Source: Armatimonadota bacterium | Lineage (GTDB): Bacteria; Armatimonadota; Fimbriimonadia; Fimbriimonadales; GBS-DC | Assembly (NCBI GenBank): GCA_037444405.1 | Contig: JBBIML010000030.1 | Location: 1-34,250 of the forward strand | Length of the DNA stretch: 34,250 bases | Reading direction: 5' to 3' | Shown here: positions 9,201 through 15,983 of the stretch, one piece after another | How positions within the stretch are numbered: the first letter of the stretch is position 1 | How the letters are laid out: each line of letters begins with the position of its first letter | Made by a program: the position numbers and the translations under genes | Notes under the pieces: model-generated | Told to the model about the DNA's origin: nothing | Database searches by the model: none | Seen by the model: only the letters and a program-made list of their open reading frames with translations

Positions 9201-10076
9201 CAGCAGCTCGCCCTGCAGTGCGGTCTCCACGCAAGCGCCATCTACACCAGCACCGTCGAAGCGGACATCAACCGTGTGGGACGCACTAAACAATACACGG
9301 TGCATCGGTTGAACCTGGCGAATGTGGAACCCTTGTTGCCCCATCTGACGCCCGCGCTCCGTGAGCGGCTGAACACGCCCAAGAAAGCGTATCGCCATCG
9401 TTATCTGCGCGGCTTTCGTGCGGTGAACTTGCTGACTCCTGGCATGGGCGTCGCGCGCATTGAGGCGATTACCCCTTCCATCGTCGCACCCACCTACGAC
9501 CTTGAAGTTGCGGAGGCGCACTCGTTTGTGGTGAATGGCGTGCTGGTGCATAACAGCCGCGTCACGATGAAGTACCCCTCGGTCTATCTGCTGGAGCCGG
9601 GGGCACGGGGCGAGGTGCTGTCGGTCGCCTTTGCAGGCGACGGGCAACACCAGGACACGGGCGGTAAAGCCATCCACGCCGCGCCCTACACCAGCAGCCG
9701 AATCACCTCCAAGTCGATCTCCAAAGGCACAGGTCGCGCCTCCTATCGCGGGCTGGTGCAGGTGCTGGAAGGCGCGCACCACAGCAAGTGCAATGTGGAG
9801 TGTGACGCGCTGCTGTTAGATGAGAACGCCCGCACCGACACCTACCCCTACATCGAGGTGAACGAACAGCAGGTAACGATCGGGCACGAGGCGCGCGTGA
9901 GCAAGGTGAGCGAGGATCAGCTCTTCTACCTGCAGTCGCGCGGGCTGAAGAAGGATGAGGCGCTCACGCTGATTGTGTCGGGCTTCATCGAGCCGCTGGC
10001 GAAGCAGTTGCCGATGGAGTACGCTGTGGAACTGAACCGCCTGATTGAGCTGGAGATGGAAGGCTCGGTGGGCTAA
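6213..10076 (+). CDS. sufB: Fe-S cluster assembly protein SufB precursor with two inteins (469 aa after splicing)
   Basis: SufB motifs GAQYD/SEV, DNKFAALNSAVWSGGSF, GQFERTLII, HYVEGCTAP, TMKYPS, HEARVSK, interrupted by two C...HN inserts. Confidence 0.97.
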   Translation: MAQPEVLRIGEDYLHKYGFYDDIKPVFQTGRGLNRRVVEAISYEKNEPKWMRDFRLRAYEIFISKPMPSWGPNLSALNFDEIVYYIKPTDHKARSWDEVPEDIKRTFDRLGIPEWERKFLAGVGAQYDCLTADSMVYTDSGLVPISEIQPGQWVYSLDPDTRRIIKQRVRAVMYKGKLPVFEVKVAGRTLKATYNHPFYAIVYEKGEGKQRGTIRPQWRYLSDLQPGDYIAIARQVPDEGKPYRLPTVEISATYMGRNQLREFEVNASGWLYTRQQRRLRLPTETTEPLMWFLGAYLGDGCLRRKKRGKPYTIVDIAFPATQPELRAQLADALCEAFHYRLRPSSDPYRVRIYSAPIARFLETLGITGNAYTKSVPDWVFSLPRSQQLAFLAGYIDADGGVRCSERNNDVLLTSVNESLLKAIHRLAILCGLSVSDIYTFTSRSTYKGRTTERVGYRFLISGDLTPLAEYSVKVRNHLAPRRYYHQHKSYHDVPLNAHISEEIGFARIESITYVGVEDTYDIEVEGVHNFIAEGIIVHNSEVIYHRLREDLEKLGVIFVDTDTAVQKYPDLVREYFGTVIPPHDNKFAALNSAVWSGGSFVYVPAGVKVEIPLQAYFRINARNAGQFERTLIIAEEGSFVHYVEGCTAPVYAESALHSAVVEIIVKRGARVRYTTIQNWSKDVYNLVTKRSVVYGDAVMEWVDGNLGCVCAGELVYTERGPVPIEQVEPGTRVWSFDESRRLWVLRPVVARKASGMQQVYEIALSNGRTLRLTANHPLLTVQYDPTRPKKLGRYSLRWKPVEALTAGDLIIFPTALHAEGQPYRFVRPELPDQFTGRNQYGAEYPIASHSRQEVQLPKYADEDICWLLGLWIAEGDYTIQSGRNGHRYGRVGFSVPTTDRAYPRLISLLTRYFGNHAIELRKDERYLRVNSLEFALWLKANGFVSGAKEKRIPAWVFTLPTRMQAAFLAGYIDGDGCARYNQLSLKSANRALLQDVQQLALQCGLHASAIYTSTVEADINRVGRTKQYTVHRLNLANVEPLLPHLTPALRERLNTPKKAYRHRYLRGFRAVNLLTPGMGVARIEAITPSIVAPTYDLEVAEAHSFVVNGVLVHNSRVTMKYPSVYLLEPGARGEVLSVAFAGDGQHQDTGGKAIHAAPYTSSRITSKSISKGTGRASYRGLVQVLEGAHHSKCNVECDALLLDENARTDTYPYIEVNEQQVTIGHEARVSKVSEDQLFYLQSRGLKKDEALTLIVSGFIEPLAKQLPMEYAVELNRLIELEMEGSVG
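6597..7829 (+). mobile_element. Intein 1 in SufB (411 aa) with LAGLIDADG homing endonuclease
   Basis: Starts CLTADSMV after GAQYD; block B TYNHPF; LGAYLGDG and FLAGYIDADG; ends TYDIEVEGVHNFIAEGIIVHN followed by Ser(+1). Confidence 0.95.
8334..9554 (+). mobile_element. Intein 2 in SufB (407 aa) with LAGLIDADG homing endonuclease
   Basis: Starts CVCAGELV after WVDGNLG; block B TANHPL; LGLWIAEG and FLAGYIDGDG; ends TYDLEVAEAHSFVVNGVLVHN followed by Ser(+1). Confidence 0.95.
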
Positions 10077-10090
10077 GCGTGCGCTCTGTG

Positions 10091-10123
10091 GGGGTCGCCC
10101 GTGCCAGAAGCGCGGGCGACCCC
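10091..10123. terminator. GC-rich hairpin between convergent sufB and nuclease gene
   Basis: GGGGTCGCCCGTG-ccagaag-CGCGGGCGACCCC, 13-bp stem with one G-U pair, no U-tract. Confidence 0.55.
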
Positions 10124-10129
10124 GTCTGG

Positions 10130-10999
10130 CTATGACACATACACCGTGCTTGGGTTAATCCCGCAGTGGTTCAGGACCTGAACTGCGAACCCCACGACCC
10201 GCGCTGCGTTACCGTGGGTGAGAACATCCCAGGAGCCGACCCTGGTGTAATACCGAGGATTCAGACTACCTGTCCCGATCGGCACGACGATGCTGGGAAC
10301 TCCCGGAGCAGGTATCAAGCCTGCGTTGTTCAAATAGCGAACCACTTTCCTGAGAATATCTACATATGAGCCGACGGAGACAGGGGCATTACTGCCAGGA
10401 AAGTGCAGGCGCGAGTAAGAAAATGCCAGTTTTCGCGTGTGCTGCAGCTGCTTATAGAGTTGATCCAAGGAAATCGAATTGGAAGGTGGTGGGGGAGGTG
10501 TGGGCGATAGGGGAGAGGATGGCGCGAAAATCGAGGGCACAGCCGGTACAATAGGAGGTTTCTCAAGGCACTTAGCATACCGAGCTACATCAGCCGGCGC
10601 CATCTTGGAAATCTGCCAGCGTGCCAGCAAAGACCCCCCTTGAGAAGCATACCGGTAAACCTCCCAGATATCTCCATCGGTACACACGAAGTAGGCTGCT
10701 CCGAGGTGGCGACAGTAGGCATTGGCCTGACGAGGTGTGTTGGAACTCAGCAAACCCAGCGCTTTGGCTTCTATCACCACATGCGGTTTGTTGTTGAAGA
10801 AAATCACATAGTCCGCCCTGCCATTGCCCGCCGCGTAATCTACTTGCAGCTCATCGAGATTACCTGTGTCCCAGCCCAGAGCGCGCAGGATAGGGTCAAT
10901 CAGACCGTACCGCGTTTGAAGCTCGCTGTTCGCGAAAAGGGGTCCGTGCGTCGGAAGACTGCGCTGTACCTGCACGATTGTCTCTATCAGTCCTTGCAT
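10130..10999 (-). CDS. HsdR-N-terminal-like PD-(D/E)xK nuclease with Pro/Ser linker and C-terminal domain
   Basis: ELQTRYGLIDPILRALGWD, RADYVIF, VIEAK, QANAY and TDGDIWEVY are characteristic of the HsdR_N family. GGAGG RBS. Confidence 0.8.
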   Translation of the reverse strand: MQGLIETIVQVQRSLPTHGPLFANSELQTRYGLIDPILRALGWDTGNLDELQVDYAAGNGRADYVIFFNNKPHVVIEAKALGLLSSNTPRQANAYCRHLGAAYFVCTDGDIWEVYRYASQGGSLLARWQISKMAPADVARYAKCLEKPPIVPAVPSIFAPSSPLSPTPPPPPSNSISLDQLYKQLQHTRKLAFSYSRLHFPGSNAPVSVGSYVDILRKVVRYLNNAGLIPAPGVPSIVVPIGTGSLNPRYYTRVGSWDVLTHGNAARVVGFAVQVLNHCGINPSTVYVS

Positions 11000-11014
11000 C
11001 GCTGATACCCTCCA

Positions 11015-12008
11015 TCATATTTCCGCTACCAGTAAGTGTTCCGCAAACTTCTGCCAAACCTCCTCCAGCTCGGAAGAATACGCAAGCTTTCTCTTGAATG
11101 CTTTCCAGTTCTCCACATTCATTGCCCCTGAATTATCGGGACCCCACACCCAGAATCTCCCTTCATGATAGTACCAGAACCACCACTCCATCCACTCACG
11201 ATAGTATCTCCACCAGAAATCCCTATCGTACGGCACCAGAAGTCGCTGTGCCGCCGCATAGCCGAGGTACTCTGCAGGTTGCCTCTGGATAAGCCGTTGA
11301 ATCCATATGGCTTCTGTGCCCTCAAAACGCTCATAGGCGATGAGATTCGCAAGGCTCTCTTCTATCACACGCCCCCAGGTCTCGTTGTACGGATTTGGCG
11401 CTCTAGCTGGCAGAGTGTCCATAATGGCGTGGCCAAGCTCATGGTAGTAAGTTTTGTCCAGAGCCAACTCGTAGGGTGCCCCCTCGGTGGCGGCGTGTCG
11501 CCGAATTCGTTCACAGCACAGGAAAATCGCGGGCAAATTGCATTCGAGAAACGCCTGCTCCGCTTCAGGGGTGCGCTCCGTGTTTGCACCGAGCTGAAGC
11601 ACGCGCTCTCAGACGCGAGTCAACAGCTTTCATCCGCAAGTAAAGTCCCTGTGCAACGACTTCATGGTAGAGTTCCCAACCCCGCTCTTCAAAGCGCTTC
11701 AGTTTGTCAAAAAATGCATCACTATCGATGTCTCTCCTTCCCTCGCGAAAAGACTCGCTTCGAGACGCCTCTGTCTCAAAAAGCTCCCGCACGATTTCTG
11801 GGCTCAAAGCCTTTCGGTACTGGGGCGGGTAGAGAGCATCCATCTGGCTTTCGTTGACCAGAAACACGGGCGTCCGCACCGCTTTCTGACCCATTTGCGA
11901 GTCCATGCGCTTCCAGAGTTCGTCGCGATTGAAGTCCGCTGCTGTGCCAGCAGCAGCGCCGATATTGTAGACCTGCACAGGAACACCCAGCGATTTGCGC
12001 TTTCGCAT
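11015..12008 (-). pseudogene. Frameshifted HExxH zinc-metallopeptidase-like gene (about 330 aa if joined)
   Basis: ORFs 12008-11565 and 11602-11015 overlap in adjacent frames around CTGAGAGCGC (about 11603-11612). The downstream part has IFLCCERI, HELGH, EESLAN and QPAEYLGY. Confidence 0.65.
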
Positions 12009-12094
12009 AATAGCTCACCTGCTCTATTGCAAGGATACCCGATTTGGCTTTCACCACAGGTCGGTTTTCCCTGCATAGTGTATCCTTAGTGCGT

Positions 12095-12123
12095 ATTATA
12101 CCCCTTCACGCCTCTCTTTGCAA
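12095..12123 (-). promoter_or_regulatory. Sigma70-type promoter of peptidase-nuclease cassette
   Basis: Minus strand TTGCAA (12123-12118), 17-nt spacer, TATAAT (12100-12095). Confidence 0.65.
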
Positions 12124-12131
12124 CAGAGCAA

Positions 12132-12275
12132 CTGAAGCCGTTCCTGTGCAGACGAAGCCGACCCGCATTGGCTAAAGTAGCAAGCGCGTCTCGCGCTTGA
12201 ACTTGGGCGGGACGCTCAAGCCACTGGAGCCAGCGCAGGCTGGCTTTGTTTTTTTTCAGGAACGGCTTCAGCCGT
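12132..12275. repeat. Nested REP-like mosaic: outer inverted pair plus inner GTAG-type hairpin doublet
   Basis: Outer copies at 12132-12173 (minus, degenerate) and 12228-12275 (AGCCAGCGCAGGCTGGCTTTGT...AGGAACGGCTTCAGCCGT). Inner 12177-12224: GTAG-CAAGCGCG-tct-CGCGCTTG aa CTTGGGCG-gga-CGCTCAAG-CCAC. Confidence 0.75.
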
Positions 12276-12292
12276 CTTGGTCAGGTGAAGAT

Positions 12293-13189
12293 TCAACCGC
12301 TCTGGGGGCAGGGGGCGGTGCTGGTGCCGCCATGCACGGCGGTTGGCGTCTCCCGCTCAATCGGTGCGCCCACGATATTGCCCCACTCCGTCCAGCTGCC
12401 GTCATAGTTGCGCACCTGCGGGTAGCCCAGCAGGTACTTCAGCACGAACCATGTATGCGACGATCGCTCCCCGATGCGGCAGTAGGCGATAACCTCCTTG
12501 TCCGGCGTGATACCCTGCGACGCATAGAGCTGGCGCAGCTCTTCAGGCGACTTGAAAGTGCCATCTTCGCGCACCGCCTGCGACCAGGGAATGTTGCGGG
12601 CGCCATGGATGTGCCCGCCACGCTGGGCGGTCTCCAGCAAGCCTGGCGGCGCGAGAATCTCGCCCGTGTATTCCTGTGGGGAACGCACATCGACCAGCGC
12701 GACATCCGCGCGCCCCAGGCTCTCGCGCACCTGCGGATAGAACGCCCGTAGCGACAGGTCTGGCTCCTTCGCGCGATACTCCGTGCGGGGGTAGCGGGGC
12801 ACCTCCGTCGTCAGCGGGCGACCCTCTGCCAGCCACTTCTTGCGACCGCCGTCCATCAGCGCCAGCTGCTCATGCCCATACAGGCGCAACAGCCAGAAGG
12901 CATAGGCGGCAAACCAGTTGTTGTTGTCGCCGTACAGCACAATCAGATGGTCATTCGCAATGCCCAGCTCACTCAACAGCCGCTCCAGGTCCTCTTTCGA
13001 GACGATGTCGCGCCGAATGGGGTCCTGAAGCTGGGTCTGCCAGTTAAACGCGAGCGCGCCGGGGATGTGCCCCTGCTCGTAGGCGGTCGTGTCCACATCC
13101 ACCTCCACGAGGCGAATCGTCGGGTCATTCAGATGCTGCTGAACCCACTCCGTCGAAACGAGAACCTCCGAACGCCGCACTTCAGCCAT
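12293..13189 (-). CDS. Thiosulfate/3-mercaptopyruvate sulfurtransferase (tandem rhodanese, CysA/SseA-like)
   Basis: [27 protein letters not shown], active-site [17 protein letters not shown]. Confidence 0.95.
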   Translation of the reverse strand: MAEVRRSEVLVSTEWVQQHLNDPTIRLVEVDVDTTAYEQGHIPGALAFNWQTQLQDPIRRDIVSKEDLERLLSELGIANDHLIVLYGDNNNWFAAYAFWLLRLYGHEQLALMDGGRKKWLAEGRPLTTEVPRYPRTEYRAKEPDLSLRAFYPQVRESLGRADVALVDVRSPQEYTGEILAPPGLLETAQRGGHIHGARNIPWSQAVREDGTFKSPEELRQLYASQGITPDKEVIAYCRIGERSSHTWFVLKYLLGYPQVRNYDGSWTEWGNIVGAPIERETPTAVHGGTSTAPCPQSG

Positions 13190-13202
13190 TGTCCACCTCC
13201 TG

Positions 13203-13250
13203 TATTTAGACTGGCTAAATATTCTACCCGATTGCGCCGCCGATTGTCAA
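13203..13250 (-). promoter_or_regulatory. Sigma70-type promoter of sulfurtransferase with perfect palindromic operator
   Basis: Minus strand TTGACA (13250-13245), 18-nt spacer, TAGAAT (13226-13221); TATTTAG-N5-CTAAATA 13203-13221; AGGAGG RBS. Confidence 0.75.
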
Positions 13251-13269
13251 GTGGGCGAGAGGCTGTTCG

Positions 13270-13309
13270 AAAAAGCAAACCCTCTCCTCCGCGTGTGGAG
13301 GAGAGGGTT
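13270..13309 (-). terminator. Rho-independent terminator after the FadN-like gene
   Basis: Minus strand AACCCTCTCCTCC-acacgc-GGAGGAGAGGGTT followed by TGCTTTTT, just past the stop at 13313. Confidence 0.8.
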
Positions 13310-13312
13310 CGT

Positions 13313-15718
13313 TCAGTTACGCAGGGGTTTGCCCTTTTCGAGCATGTGGCGCATGCGCTCCCATGTCTTGGGCTGCTGCGCCAGCAAGCCCACCACCTGC
13401 ACCTCCAGATTGTAGAAGTACGATTCGGGCATCTCGGTCGGCTGGGTGAGGTCGCCCCCTGTCAGCACATACGCCAGCTGGGAGGTGATCAGCAGGTCGT
13501 GATCGGTGATGAAGTTGCCTCGCCGCAGGTTGTGCAGTTCCACCAGCAGACGCGAGTAGACCGAATCGCCGTACGCCATGATTTTCGGCTCTTCAGGCGG
13601 CTGATAACCCACATCGGCGAGGTGCAACACCTCCTGCCTGGCGGTCCACAGCAGGCGGTCGGGGTTAATGACGATGTGGTCGACGCCTTCGCGCAGGAAG
13701 CCGAGCTGGACACCTTCTAATGCGCTGGTGGCGACTTTGCCGAAGCCGAGCGTCTCCAGCACGCGCCGAATAGCGGGGTAAGGGTCGGCGTTCGGTGGCA
13801 GCGCGCTCAGTGCGCGGCGAAGCATCGTGGTGGTGCCGCCGCCCGCAGGGATGATGCCCACGCCCACCTCCGGCAAGCCGATATAGGTCTCCGCGCTGGC
13901 GACCACCTTGTCGCAGTGCATCGCCAGCTCGCAGCCGCCGCCCAGCGTGTAGCCGAACACCGCGGCGACCACGGGCACCTTCGCATAACGCAGGCGCAGG
14001 AGCGAATCCTGAAACGCCTTATCGCCCATCATCAGCTCATCGAAGTCGCCTGCGCCTATCATCATCAAAAACAGCTGGATGTTGAACCCGACGGAGAAAT
14101 GCTCGCCGATGCCAGTGATGACCAGCCCTTTCGCCTCGCGCTCGGCGCGGTCGATGCTCCTGTAGAGCATCTCCATCACGCTGGGTCCGAGCGTGTTCAT
14201 CTTAGTGTGGATACCCATGCAGTAGACGCCATCGCCCAGGTCAAAGAGCGAGGCATCGCTATTGCCGTCCAGTTTCGGCTTGTGGCGTGCCATGTTGATG
14301 GGCGTCAGGAATTCCTCATCGGGATGATAGGGCGCGATCTGCCCGGAGCCGATCCACACATAGACGGTGGTGTCGCCTGTATCGGCGGTGTCGTAGAATC
14401 GGGACCGCCCCTTCTGCAGAAGCTGCTGAACCACAGGGGGCACCGATTTGCCCTCCCGTTCGAGCCGTTCAGCGGTCTCACGCACGCCCAGCGCGTCCCA
14501 TATCTGGAAGGGACCCAGCTCCCAGTTGAAGCCCCACTTGATGGCGTGGTCGATGGCGATGGGGTCATCGGCGAGTTCGGGCGCGTGGGTCGCCACATAG
14601 TGCAGACCTTCGGCGTGTAATCGCCACAGGAACCGCCCTTCGCGGCTGTCGTGGTTGACCAGCGCGCGCAGGCGTTCCTCCAGCGGCAACTTCTCCAGCG
14701 GTTCAAGGTGCTGGAACTTTGGACGCTGGCGCGGGCGGTACTCGAAAGTTTCGAGGTCGAGCGTTTCGATGGTGCCATCGGGCAGGCGACGGTAGAACCC
14801 TGCGCCCGTCTTCTCGCCCAGCCTGCCTTCGGCGATCATCCGCTGAACCACTTCGGGCAGGGCGAAGACCGCCTTCTCTTCGGGGGTTGGCAGCCGCTCA
14901 TGCAGGTTGCGTGCAACGCTCGCCATCACATCCAGCCCCACAATATCGGCTAAACGGAAAGTGGCACTGCGCGGATGCCCGACCAGCGGACCCGTGAGCG
15001 CGTCCACCTCCTCAATCGTTAGCCCGAACTCCTGCATCAGCGGGAACACAATCATCATGCTGTGGATGCCGAGCCGGTTGGCGATGAAGCCGGGCGTGTC
15101 GCGGGCAATCACCACACGCTTACCCAGCACGCGCTCGGCGAAACGCACCATGCCCTCCACCAGATCGGGGTCGGTCTCGCGGCGCGGGATAATCTCCAGC
15201 AGTTTGAGGTAGCGAGGCGGGTTAAAAAAGTGCGTGCCCATAAACCGCCGCTTGATGTCGTCGCGGCAATCGTCGCTCATCTCGTGGATCGACAGCCCGC
15301 TGGTGTTGGTGGACAGGATGGCGCTGGGGTTCACATAGTCCTGCACGCGCGTCCACAGTTGGCGTTTGATGGCGGGGTCTTCCACCACCGCTTCGATCAC
15401 CCAGTCGGCTTCTTTGAGGCGGGGCAAATCGTCTTCGAAGTTGCCGATTTCGATTCGGCTGGCGAGTTCGGGCAGGTAGAAAGGCGCAGGTTTCAGCTTG
15501 CTCACGCGTTCCAGTCCTGTGCGAGCGATACGATTGCGCACCTCTCTGTGCTGGAGGGTTAGCCCGCGTGCCTCCTCATCGGGCGTCAGGCTGGTCGGCA
15601 CGATATCTAAGAGCAATACCTGCCAGCCGATATTGGCAAGATGCGCTGCGATCTGCGCGCCCATCGTGCCCGCGCCCAGCACGGCAGCCCTGCCAGTGGT
15701 CGAATATTCATTCAGCAT
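13313..15718 (-). CDS. 3-hydroxyacyl-CoA dehydrogenase / enoyl-CoA hydratase (FadN-like)
   Basis: GAGTMG Rossmann motif, STNTS, HFFNPPRY, DTPGFIANR, C-terminal crotonase GGGCE...GLPEVGVG, GKPLRN end. ATG 15718 has a GGAGGAGG RBS. Confidence 0.92.
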   Translation of the reverse strand: MLNEYSTTGRAAVLGAGTMGAQIAAHLANIGWQVLLLDIVPTSLTPDEEARGLTLQHREVRNRIARTGLERVSKLKPAPFYLPELASRIEIGNFEDDLPRLKEADWVIEAVVEDPAIKRQLWTRVQDYVNPSAILSTNTSGLSIHEMSDDCRDDIKRRFMGTHFFNPPRYLKLLEIIPRRETDPDLVEGMVRFAERVLGKRVVIARDTPGFIANRLGIHSMMIVFPLMQEFGLTIEEVDALTGPLVGHPRSATFRLADIVGLDVMASVARNLHERLPTPEEKAVFALPEVVQRMIAEGRLGEKTGAGFYRRLPDGTIETLDLETFEYRPRQRPKFQHLEPLEKLPLEERLRALVNHDSREGRFLWRLHAEGLHYVATHAPELADDPIAIDHAIKWGFNWELGPFQIWDALGVRETAERLEREGKSVPPVVQQLLQKGRSRFYDTADTGDTTVYVWIGSGQIAPYHPDEEFLTPINMARHKPKLDGNSDASLFDLGDGVYCMGIHTKMNTLGPSVMEMLYRSIDRAEREAKGLVITGIGEHFSVGFNIQLFLMMIGAGDFDELMMGDKAFQDSLLRLRYAKVPVVAAVFGYTLGGGCELAMHCDKVVASAETYIGLPEVGVGIIPAGGGTTTMLRRALSALPPNADPYPAIRRVLETLGFGKVATSALEGVQLGFLREGVDHIVINPDRLLWTARQEVLHLADVGYQPPEEPKIMAYGDSVYSRLLVELHNLRRGNFITDHDLLITSQLAYVLTGGDLTQPTEMPESYFYNLEVQVVGLLAQQPKTWERMRHMLEKGKPLRN

Positions 15719-15983
15719 CGTCGGTTGCCTCCTCCATTCTGACTCGTCGGTCAAACTTGCAGGGGGATTATACCCGCTGGTTCGTCAGGACATTGGCATC
15801 AATTTTAAGCCTCCTCCGCTTTGCGTTATGAGCGTTGTTGGGGGAGGTGGTGCGATTGCTGGCGGCGTGTTTGCGGTGCTGTCGTGTGTGTCGACGTCGG
15901 AAGCGTCCTGTGGATCGAGCGGGTATACTGGGGGAACCAGGGCGACGATTCGTCGTCTATGCTGCGCAGGGAGGTTAAAAACG

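Noticed and set aside
4523..10999. Methyltransferase and HsdR-N-like nuclease as one R-M system
   Set aside because: Separated by about 4.8 kb of sufCB, with different base composition and separate promoters.
12228..12256. Hairpin plus T-run resembling a plus-strand terminator
   Set aside because: No plus-strand gene ends here and the hairpin recurs at 32818-32862, so it is treated as a REP-like repeat.
15498..15983. Upstream extension of the 527-aa ORF
   Set aside because: Overlaps the FadN-like gene antisense and is low complexity; ATG 15984 has an RBS followed by a signal-anchor.
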